Shown here piece after piece: positions 19,325 through 28,721 of a stretch of 64,000 nt of DNA; the first letter of the stretch is position 1; each line of letters begins with the position of its first letter. A program made the translations under genes and the position numbers. The notes below the pieces were generated by a model. The model was not told the origin of the DNA. It worked only from the letters and a program-made list of their open reading frames with translations, and made no database searches. This DNA comes from Chloropicon primus. Its lineage: Eukaryota. The stretch is taken from positions 434,001 to 498,000 of the forward strand of contig CP060761.1 of the NCBI GenBank assembly GCA_023205875.1, given 5' to 3'.

Positions 19325-22300
19325 TTACATGTCCGCGTCGTCGTAATCCTTCACCATCTGCCTCTCCTTCTTGAGCCTTAGTGATACAATAAACAGGATG
19401 ATGAGAATGAGAGCTCCTCCTCCTGCAGCAATGAAGACCAAGTTCTCCTCGAGGATGCCCGCAAGGTCTGAAACAGTCTTCTTCTCCTTTTCTTGACTCG
19501 ACTTCAAGTTCCCGCTCGCATCGTAGATGTCGTAGTTCACCGTAACGCCCTTGTTGAGCTCCCCGTTCTCCCAGTTCGTTCCCGCGACGTAGTCCGAGAG
19601 CCTGGTGTACGCCCCGGAGTCTTGCTGACCGGCCATGGTCGAGATCTCCTCGGACATCTTCGTCATCGAGAACACGCTCGCTTGAACCGTCTTCTCAAAG
19701 AACTCCTCGGTCGTCGTGGAAGTCTGCGTGTCGTACAACTGGAGGGAAGCTTTCACGGCCTGGTTCATCGCAGTTCGACCCTGCGACTTTGTGTTATCCG
19801 CAACCGCTTTTGCTGTGGTCCTGGAAGTCCATGCATCATCCAGACCCGCCAAAACTCTCGTGGTCTCCTCGCCGATGGCCGCGTCGGAGAGTGTGAGGGA
19901 ATGGCCGTCCGCCATCAGGTTTGAGACAACTAGCGCAATGGATTGCGCCACGGACGCTGCGCTGGTGTCCTGCTCCTTGGAGTAGTACGAGGACACCATT
20001 GAGATGTAAGATGCAAGCTTGGAGGTGAAGACAAAGCCATTCTTGCTGCCGTTCTCCGAGGCGGCATCGACGATTGGGTCGTAGTTGTAAACATCCAACG
20101 TAGTCGACGACACGTTCGCTGACGCAAAGATTCTGCTGGTCGCCTCCGTCATGCTCAGGCCATTGATTGTGGTGAGGAAAACACCAAGCGTTGTAAGCGG
20201 AGAGACCATCTTCGCCTCCCTCTTGGAGACGTAGACATGAAGTGGAGCCAAGCCAGTAAACGTGTCTTTGCAACCATTGCTCGGTGTGAGGAAGATGTAG
20301 GCACTGTCATAATACGACTCGTCCTTGTCATCTGTGTATTGGTAGGACAGTTCCACCTGGCCGTTAAGGTCAGTGGTGCCCTTCAGATCACTCTCCAAAT
20401 AATTCAACGAGTCATTCGAAAGGTAAACGTCGCAGCCCGAGAGGTATCCGTCAAAGCATCTGTAACTGTGCTTGAAGGTGGGGACCTCCGGCGCTGGCGC
20501 TGGCGTCGGCGTCGCTGGCTGGCCCGCATCCGGCGTGGGCGATGAAGGCGTGGATGGTGTGGATGGCGTCGTTGGAGGAGGTGCCGGCGGCGAAGGTGCA
20601 ACCGATCCAACGCCTGCGGAGCAATCATCACCGGTGTGCCCAAGGTAGCAGTGGCACTTCTGGTTGTGGCATTTCCCGTTCCCGCTGCAATCGTTTGTGC
20701 ATCCCAAGTACGGGCAGATCGCCTCCTTCTTAGGGCAAGGTCCGATCCTTCCGCTGCTGTACTGGGACCCAAAGTCTGGATAGTTTACATACTGACCTTC
20801 CGGGCACTCCTTGTACACTCCTCCGATACCGATGTACAACTTGTCGTTCGCGCACTGCGTCTGGAAGCAGCCCGCTCCCGAAATCGAGGACGAGTACACC
20901 AAGTTTCCTTCCTTCACCCGAATGACGTCGTCCGGAGCTTCGAAGCATCGTGCGTTCAAGGCGTGGACCTCACCAAACTTTTCCCTCTCCACCGAGTGGA
21001 ACTGAGAGTCCCAGCAGTTTCCGTTCTGGTACGATTTCACCGTCGTGCAAGTGTCACCGAGCTTGGAATCGTGGCAGTATCCAAAGGCCATGTGGTCAGC
21101 AGTGCACTGGCTCGTCGCCTTCTCCTCGCTGCTGCAGTGGTACCTCGGGAACGCGGTCTTCAGAGCCGCGCACTGCCCTCCCACAAAGGCGCAGCCCTCG
21201 TTGTGTCCGTACTGAAGCAAACCCTCCTCGGAGTCATCGGCAACCGTGTACCAGCCACTGTCCTTGAGCAGAGCAAGGGACAAGTTTGAGAGAACACCTC
21301 TTCCGGACTGCACGCCCACCATGAGCTCCCCGTTGTAGTGCAGCTCCTCCCAGTGGCTATGGGCCGTCGAGCTTCCTCCCTCGTTCTCGAGTTGCACCCC
21401 CGACACCGTGTCGCAGTTGAAATGCTGCTTGGCGGCGTTTACCACGTTCTCCGTCACGATGCTCTTCGTCTGTCCAACCTCCTTGACCACGTTCGAGAGT
21501 CCCAGAGGCTGCCCGGACGCACTTATGAAGTGCTGGTACAAGCTGTCCGAGAAGGCCAAAACGTGAAGAATTTCGTGTATGGAGGTGTCGAGAAGGTTTC
21601 CAAACTGGGCATCGCTTTCGTCCAGGCGATTGGGACAGAAGTTAATGTTTCCAGCAATCGGCCTTTTCGTGTAGGGATCCATCTCACACCACCCGGCGTA
21701 CGCTATGGTCATATTCCCACAAGCGTTGGTGTTCTCCGCGGTGACATACAGTATGAGGTCCTTGTTCGTCACTCCCTCTCCCGCTGGGTACGTCGTGCAG
21801 CTGTTCTCCAGGTGAGAGGTGCACTCCTTGTAAGCTCCAAAGTAAGTGGCCTTGTGCTGAGCACCCAGGCACTTTCCAAGATCGGAGACTTTGAAGCACA
21901 GGTAAGGCTCCACATCCCAGTACGAGTTGCAGTGGCGGGACAGGAGAAGCTTTCCCGTCACAGGGGTCTTCGCAGAGATGTAGCTCTTCAGGATGGTCTG
22001 GGCCGTTGGTATGAGCTTCTCCTTCAAGAAGGTCTGCTTCGACGCCGCGAGGCCGTCGAGTTGGTAATCGAGGTGGACCTCAAAAGGCCGCTGGGAAAGG
22101 AGGCTCCTCCTTCTGCTTCTGCTTCTCCTGGCGTAGTCCGTCCCAACTTCCGCCGTCTCCACGTCAAAAAAGTCATGCGTCTCGTAAAGCTTGGACTTCT
22201 CTCTCAGCAATGGAGTGATTTCTTTGTTGTGGACGCACTTGTGCCCGTGATGCTCGGGGTCGTGTTGCTCGTGGCCATGGTGGCCCTCCTCGTGTGCACT

Positions 22301-22354
22301 GCAAAGGAGAAGCACGGACAGTGACAAAAGCAAGACAAGTTTAACTCGGGCCAT
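19325..22354 (-). CDS. Leishmanolysin/GP63-like (M8) zinc metalloprotease with EGF-like module, Pro-rich linker, extra C-terminal domain and TM anchor
   Basis: Signal peptide, 'HKCVH' pro-region, 'RPIAGNINFC', 'HEILHVLAF', 'LENEGGSSTAHSHWE', 'ELM', 'LKDSGWY', EGF 'CSGNGKC...CHCYLGHTGDDC'. Confidence 0.9.
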   Translation of the reverse strand: MARVKLVLLLSLSVLLLCSAHEEGHHGHEQHDPEHHGHKCVHNKEITPLLREKSKLYETHDFFDVETAEVGTDYARRSRSRRRSLLSQRPFEVHLDYQLDGLAASKQTFLKEKLIPTAQTILKSYISAKTPVTGKLLLSRHCNSYWDVEPYLCFKVSDLGKCLGAQHKATYFGAYKECTSHLENSCTTYPAGEGVTNKDLILYVTAENTNACGNMTIAYAGWCEMDPYTKRPIAGNINFCPNRLDESDAQFGNLLDTSIHEILHVLAFSDSLYQHFISASGQPLGLSNVVKEVGQTKSIVTENVVNAAKQHFNCDTVSGVQLENEGGSSTAHSHWEELHYNGELMVGVQSGRGVLSNLSLALLKDSGWYTVADDSEEGLLQYGHNEGCAFVGGQCAALKTAFPRYHCSSEEKATSQCTADHMAFGYCHDSKLGDTCTTVKSYQNGNCWDSQFHSVEREKFGEVHALNARCFEAPDDVIRVKEGNLVYSSSISGAGCFQTQCANDKLYIGIGGVYKECPEGQYVNYPDFGSQYSSGRIGPCPKKEAICPYLGCTNDCSGNGKCHNQKCHCYLGHTGDDCSAGVGSVAPSPPAPPPTTPSTPSTPSSPTPDAGQPATPTPAPAPEVPTFKHSYRCFDGYLSGCDVYLSNDSLNYLESDLKGTTDLNGQVELSYQYTDDKDESYYDSAYIFLTPSNGCKDTFTGLAPLHVYVSKREAKMVSPLTTLGVFLTTINGLSMTEATSRIFASANVSSTTLDVYNYDPIVDAASENGSKNGFVFTSKLASYISMVSSYYSKEQDTSAASVAQSIALVVSNLMADGHSLTLSDAAIGEETTRVLAGLDDAWTSRTTAKAVADNTKSQGRTAMNQAVKASLQLYDTQTSTTTEEFFEKTVQASVFSMTKMSEEISTMAGQQDSGAYTRLSDYVAGTNWENGELNKGVTVNYDIYDASGNLKSSQEKEKKTVSDLAGILEENLVFIAAGGGALILIILFIVSLRLKKERQMVKDYDDADM

Positions 22355-22469
22355 TGGATTTATCCCTATAAGCCACTCCCCGGCGGCGGTCCCAAAGCAA
22401 AGACGGCGCCTTGTGGTAACCCGGGCCGCGCGTGCCCACGGGACCCTTTTCTCTCAATGAGTCTTTTGC

Positions 22470-24450
22470 CGAGACAGATTTATTTTACATAAAAAGTAAA
22501 GAATGTTTTTTTGGGGGGGAATTAGAAAATGAAATAACGGGATTGGATTGCGATGGATTGTGGATTCCGACGGGAGAGCAACAAGAGAGCCGTGAAGTAA
22601 GATCAGCTTCCGTGCCTCATCGTTGTCCCCCTTGAGCCCTGGGACCAAGCGGCCACTGCACGTTTGTCAAGCCATCCATGCCTTTAATTGGAAGAAGTTT
22701 TTAGCAAGTGCAACGTGCACGCATGGAACGAGGCGGGCACGAAAGATGCTGAGCGTCAAAACGGGTTTAAGGATCTGAAGTGGGTTCATGACGGCGCGCA
22801 GCGCCATCCGATACAGATAATGGAAAAGTACAAAGAGCAAACTAAAGGAGGGCATTCAAGCACATAGACATAAACAAGAATTGAAATTCAGCCTCCATGC
22901 TTGGCTTGTATTTCTCACGTCCTTCTTAATTTCATCTTGCAGTGGTCTGCTTGATGGCGATGCGTATATAGTTGAAGCGTTACTTTAAAACCTCAAAATG
23001 AACCATACGGACGGTTACTCAAAGTATTTATTACTTCACGCGAAATCATTATGAGGAAGGTATCCCAGAAATTCAAAGTAACCTTTTCCCACATAATAGA
23101 ATGATGTAAGGTAAAGGACTTGCGCAAAGGCTGCAATAATATATAATTCACGTTTATGCTCAATACGCTCATCGCTTCGAAGCAAACACTTCGGCAAGGC
23201 CGATCTCTTATGATGTTGTTTTCTTCTTTGATTACAGTGCGCTTAACAAGGTATCAGACGAAACGATAAACTATGACTACCGCTATCGCAATTCAGACGT
23301 TCATAAACATATTAAACTGTTCCTACACATGTTAAATTGGCAAATCTGATGAAATGTACCACGAGAGCTGGGACACAATATGATTGAGTCTAGATGAGGC
23401 CAAACAAATGAGTGCCTTCAGCTTTCTAAAAGGTATTCACGCTTCGGAAACGGAGAAATGCGTTACCAATATGAATATAACCATCAAGACAGTGTTATGT
23501 TGCTTGTTAGTGAATCACAGTATATTCAGCTTCTCTGCAGGATAACAGTAACTTCTTTGATTCATCAATATTTTGAGTTCCCGTGGTGAACAATCAAACA
23601 CAATTGAGGTTAATACATATTTGATGATGCAAAGTGAAATGCATTATACATCCCATAATCCATATATTTCATTTCTTTTTGTTGTTTAAGATACGAAAGC
23701 TCCGTCTTCCGGGATAACGTTTGACGTAAAAATGGAAATACATGTTGCTTTGGTTTATAAGACACAGTAACATACATGTTTTCACATCTGTCACAACCGA
23801 ACTTTAGATCGTTGTCTTTTGAGTTCCTTCTTTCATCGCTGTTTCATTGCCGTACTTTAGGCTTGCGGCTGCGTGATTGATTGCTCTACTTTTCTTCGTG
23901 ATGATAAGGCCAGATAGGATGCATAAAGCCAAACAGGGATGGGCTGACTCTGAGAATAGAAAAGCAATATTTTTTATACACAATATTTCTTTTGCGTCGA
24001 AGAAGAATTTCTCTATGATTTTAAGTCATTGCCGAAATATAAGAATTGGAAGACAGCTTTTGCTGGCAAATATATTGATGACAAAAGCAAAAACAACAGG
24101 GTTGACCATTGTAAGGGCTCGAACTTAGCATCAAGGCAAAACCTCGACGCGGCGAAAACAATTATGCGATATGTTAAAGTAAACACAGTTTATGGGCAGT
24201 TAGGAAGGCATTACGATGTGTAGTTCAACTCTGACATACTTTTTCAGAATCGTGTATTACTTTTTGGAGTTTTTCCTTAAACACATTCTGCGCATGAGCT
24301 GAGATGAATAAACTGTAGTCTAGTTGGCAAAAAAAGTGATCTTGTACATGAGAACTTGTTGTCGTAGCGCAGAATGCTGCATCAAAGAAAAAATAATATA
24401 TATGCTTTTTTTTGTTTAATTCAAACAATATTAACGTTTTATTAATTTCA
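22470..24450. other. AT-rich, gene-free, non-repetitive island (~2 kb)
   Basis: Hand counts: 17/60 GC at 23641-23700 and 21/60 at 23281-23340, versus 44/60 in GAPA at 13621-13680. The ORF track has no ORF at all from 22856 to 23876. Confidence 0.85.
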
Positions 24451-24847
24451 GGAAAGACGCATGCTCTGTCGCTGCGATAGCACCGCTGCTGCTGTTATGG
24501 CCGGGGTCCAACCAGCGTACGAGGGGAGCCTTCTTCTTCTCTCGTGTACCACCAGACCAGAGAGGGTCTGTTGAAATGGTTTGATCCAAAAGTAACGGAA
24601 GGGGCGGATCTTTCTTCCTTGGATTGGTTTATCGTCGGCCGAGGCGTGGGTTCTGGTGCTTGAGACGAACAAAGAGGTTTTCACCGCCTTTACGCCCTTC
24701 TTCCCTTTTCACCATCGATATCAGTACGCATCATCATGTTGCTGGTAACTTTGGCCACAAGCGAGAACGAATGACTGAATGGGCGAAATGTATGGAGAGG
24801 GGATATGGGGAGAACCGTAGATGTATAAAAATTAAATGGAATTTGTT

Positions 24848-26761
24848 TTACATTGGCTGCGGCGTGTTGCTCAGCTCATAGCCTTCGCTCAAAAGTTTTT
24901 TCGTCACGGCGAGATTGGAGTTCAGGTTTGGATGATCCAAGAGGCTAAACCCGTCGTACAAAGGGCCGATCCCAAGCCTGTGGTGCCACAGCTTCGGCCC
25001 GACCGAGGAGAAAAGACAGTGGTTCTCCGTGATGAGTTCGTGCAACCATTTCTCGAGGTCAGTCCCAGCATGCTCCTCGATCAGGTTGATGACCCCCTTG
25101 CTATGCAGAACAGACGTTTGCCACCTCCTCACGTAGTTGTCCCAAGTCTCCGGCACGAACGTGTGCATCTTCCCCATGTTCGCATGAAGGAACAGGGGGT
25201 TCCCCGCCGGGCAGTGCTGCAGCATTGTGTTCCCGATCACGCCGGACCTGAAGTTGCTCAGGTGCCCCACGAGGTCCGGCCCTTCGTCGACGATCCCGTA
25301 CCTCAGTCCCACGTGAAGGAAAGCGATAGGGAGGGTCTCCTTATCCCCGTATCCCATATAGTTGACCGTAAGCGGGTAGAAGAACTTTGGAAACGAGTTC
25401 ATGTAAAGTCCGAACATCAGTCCATCCCAGGTCCTGCTCTTGTTCACGAGCATCTGACCACTCTCGTGCGAGTGTTGCAATAGGGTCTGGGGCCCCAAGA
25501 TCCTCTGGCAGTCCGGGGCGCTCGAGGAGTTCCAGAAGTCCTTCCAGAAAAGGGACCCGTGCTCCACGTAGGCCCGGGACTCGAAAAGGAACTCCGGGTT
25601 TCTCAGCGACACGATGTCGCTGTCGAGCATGATGACCTCCTCGAAAGAGGAGAAGGTCAGCGCGAACACCTTGTACATGTAGTTGTAGTGCTGGTTCTTC
25701 GCCTTGGACTTGTACGTCACGAAGTTCTTCTTCTTCTTGTCGCTCGCGTCGAGGTCCGCGAAGGACCGCACCACGACGTCGAGCTTGGACAGCTCCTTCT
25801 TCTTGTCGCACGTGGGAACCTCGTCCTCGGGAAACCACACCTCGATGGGCAGGGTGCATCCGGTCCGCCGCAGGGAGTGGACGGCGATCCAGTAGGGCGT
25901 CTCAAACTTGCCGCTCCCACCGACGATCACAATCCCCTTCCCTTGATACATCCCGTGGGGGTACTTGGGCTGGCTCTCCTTGAACTTCTTTACCTTGGCC
26001 ACCATCTTCTGAACGTCCGCGTCGCTCAGACTGAGGCCCTCGACGACAAAGTCGGACGACTTGGACCTCCACCCGGGAAGCACGGCTCCGATCTTCTTCT
26101 CATTCCCCCTGGCCTCGTAAAAGTCCGCGTGGAGCTTCTTGGCCGCCGACCTGTACCCGGACGGCGCAAGGTCACCCTCTTGGATAACCCTGCAGTCCTT
26201 GAGCCCCTTGACCTGCTTGCACTTTGGCAGGGGCGTGCCCACCCGTCTGCTCTCCCTGCAGGCGTTCTCGCAATTGACCGGCCCGTGGCCCCAAGGGGCC
26301 GGCAGTGCGATGCTCGTCAAGTTGCACAGGCAGAAACCCGACTTTTCCACCACGTAACGATTGCACTTGAAGTAGTCCCGAGGTTCCACCGTGTGGTGGG
26401 ATTCCGACGCACCAAAGGCGTGGTGCGAGGTCTCCACCCAACCGAACAAGGCGTGGGTGCAACCTCTTGTTCCCGTTTCCGAGAAAGGTTTCGCGAACAT
26501 GACCATGAAGGAAAGCAATCCGACCGCAAGGACGAGCAGACAAAGCTCCGCGAGGAGTCCCTTGTTTAAGCAGATCCCGCTCCAGGAGAGACTCCCCGGG
26601 AAATGGAAAAAGGTTGCGCTACGTTTTTGTTTCCACTTTCCCATGAAGGAGTACTGGCTCTTGTCCGACGGAGAATAGAGCGGATCCAATTCCAAGTCGT
26701 CCTTGTCCTGAAGGTACGAGGACTCAGGTGCCTCCCCTCTCATCCGAAATAGTGGCGCCAT
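24848..26761 (-). CDS. Alpha-mannosyltransferase, MNN2/GT71-like, type II membrane protein
   Basis: N-terminal TM, 'GKGIVIVGG', 'LPIEVW', 'KVFALTFSSFEEVIMLDSD' (DxD), 'LFWKDFW', 'ESGQMLVNK', 'GDKET'. Confidence 0.85.
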   Translation of the reverse strand: MAPLFRMRGEAPESSYLQDKDDLELDPLYSPSDKSQYSFMGKWKQKRSATFFHFPGSLSWSGICLNKGLLAELCLLVLAVGLLSFMVMFAKPFSETGTRGCTHALFGWVETSHHAFGASESHHTVEPRDYFKCNRYVVEKSGFCLCNLTSIALPAPWGHGPVNCENACRESRRVGTPLPKCKQVKGLKDCRVIQEGDLAPSGYRSAAKKLHADFYEARGNEKKIGAVLPGWRSKSSDFVVEGLSLSDADVQKMVAKVKKFKESQPKYPHGMYQGKGIVIVGGSGKFETPYWIAVHSLRRTGCTLPIEVWFPEDEVPTCDKKKELSKLDVVVRSFADLDASDKKKKNFVTYKSKAKNQHYNYMYKVFALTFSSFEEVIMLDSDIVSLRNPEFLFESRAYVEHGSLFWKDFWNSSSAPDCQRILGPQTLLQHSHESGQMLVNKSRTWDGLMFGLYMNSFPKFFYPLTVNYMGYGDKETLPIAFLHVGLRYGIVDEGPDLVGHLSNFRSGVIGNTMLQHCPAGNPLFLHANMGKMHTFVPETWDNYVRRWQTSVLHSKGVINLIEEHAGTDLEKWLHELITENHCLFSSVGPKLWHHRLGIGPLYDGFSLLDHPNLNSNLAVTKKLLSEGYELSNTPQPM

Positions 26762-27324
26762 CGTAAGATTCTCTCTCCAGCATCTCCATTCGTTCGCCTT
26801 TCCTGCTTTCTCTTCTCGAGATGGGAGAGAGTCAAGATGGGACACCTCCAGTGCGGCGAAACTCTCCTATCGCAAACCACACCTGTGCACCGCCAGAGAC
26901 GCACGAAAAAGACAATCTTTGTTGGACATCGTAACGTATTCCAGGAGTGACATTCGTGAAATCATCGATCGTTCGTTTCGTTTTTTGTTTGAGAGGCGTC
27001 ACATCTCGCGTTGGTTCCACATATGAAAGTGAACGTCATAGAGAGGAACAAGGTAAACCTAACTCGTTAAGATGACACACAATACCGATGGAGGGGAGCA
27101 GCACCCGTGCACGAAAAATAGCGCGCGCGCGTTTCAAAGCGGAGGGAGGGAGCAGTACCCGGCTTTGGTAGAGGTTTTGGCCTTGCCATCCAATCCATTC
27201 CAATCCATTCCATCCATCGGGACTCGGGACGCCGGCTCGTGCTTCCTCTCTTTCGTTTGACCCCGCCCCTTGGTGCGAGTGCGCAAGCGAGCGAACGAGG
27301 AGGAGTTGTGGTGGGACTCTGGCT

Positions 27325-28638
27325 ATGAAGAGGAGAGCGGAAGGGAGAGCCGGGAGGCGTGCGAGTCCTCTCAAGGAGGACAGGCCACGCCAAAAGATGA
27401 AGAGGTTGTCCAAGATCATGAACCAAGGGATCCAGAAAGATCGTGCCTTGGTGCCCGCTCCGAAGAGGAGGAGGCCGACGGCTCAAGCGAGGCAGAGGCA
27501 GAGCAAGATAGCCAAGGTGAAGACCGAGGAGAGGGAACCGGAAAGGGACAACAAGACCGGCGCAATGGGGAACGGAGAGAGCGACATGGGGACGCCTCTG
27601 AAGTATAAAGTGAAGGTGAGCCAGCCAGCCTCTCTCTCTCTCACTCTCTCTCTCTCAAGCTGCTTTTCTGTTCTGTTCTGTGCTTGGTGACGACGTTGTA
27701 CTTGCAGGCGACTGACAACTCTGTTCTCCTCCTCGCCACAGCTCGAGTCAGCGGAGTCGGCGGAGCTGACTTACAATGCCTTGGTGGGGCTCTCGCAGCT
27801 TCCGAACGAGGTGGTCGCAACCGAGCTCGGTGTCTGCGTCAGTACTCTGGAAAAGGCTCGAGGAGCCTACAGGAGCCAAAGGGAGAGGGAAAGCTTAACG
27901 CCTTTCCGCAAGGAGAGGCAGGCTCCTCACCGCTCGGGAAGCGAAAGGGTTGGCACAATGCCTGGAACTAGCGGTAGGCTTGGGAGTCCACCCGTCGTGG
28001 TTCAGAAAGCCAAAGGGCCAAGCCCAAGCAGGCAGGGGCACCACCACCGCGACGGCGTCATTCCCTCGAGAGGTTCGGGGAGCCCGAGGAAACCCATCTT
28101 GCAAAAACCACCTAGTTCCAATCGCGGCTTTGCTGCTGCTGGACCCTCGGGCGTTACGCCACGCCACCCCGAGCCCGTGGCGCGCGAACCGCACTCGCCG
28201 AGGAGAAAGGCTCCTTCGCCGAATGGCAGGGAAGGCAAGGAAGTCCCTTTCAAGGGAGGGAACCTCATCATGCGCCTCATGGAGTCGAGGCTAAGGGAGG
28301 AGGCATTGGACAAGCAGCAGGACAGGGAATCACCACCGCCGGGGCCAAAGGACCAACCTGAGAAGCTGGCTGAGGAGCTAGGATTGAATCCTCAAGAGCG
28401 TGTGGCCTTCAAAGAGTTCACGAAAGTTCAAGACAGCCTGCTTATTCCTGGGGTTCTTGACATGCTCAGCACCTCCATCTTGGAAGCTGTCGAGTCGTGC
28501 CTAGAGGAGCTGAAAGAGAATCTCAAGGGAAAGAGAGCCATGAGCAGCAAATTCATCAGCAAGCTGACGCGAATGCCTCTTGATATCTTAACTGAATTGA
28601 AGACCAGAGGGATCGTGCTGGACGAAAGCGCTCTGTAG
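27325..28638 (+). CDS. Basic nuclear protein with a degenerate RWP-RK-like helix-turn-helix; exons 27325-27615 and 27742-28638
   Basis: Phase-0 GTGAG..CAG intron with a CTGAC branch site joins two ORFs. NLS-like 'PKRRR'; 'LPNEVVATELGVCVSTLEK'. Confidence 0.6.
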
Positions 28639-28721
28639 GACTTCGACACAGGCGCGATCAAAGACTTTCATCCCCGAAAAGGTTTGTGCCAAATAATAAG
28701 AAATTTTTGTCTTTTATTTTA

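Noticed and set aside
23877..24881. Short ORFs in and beside the AT-rich island
   Set aside because: All are under 90 aa, mostly with non-ATG starts and no motifs; no convincing splice model was found.
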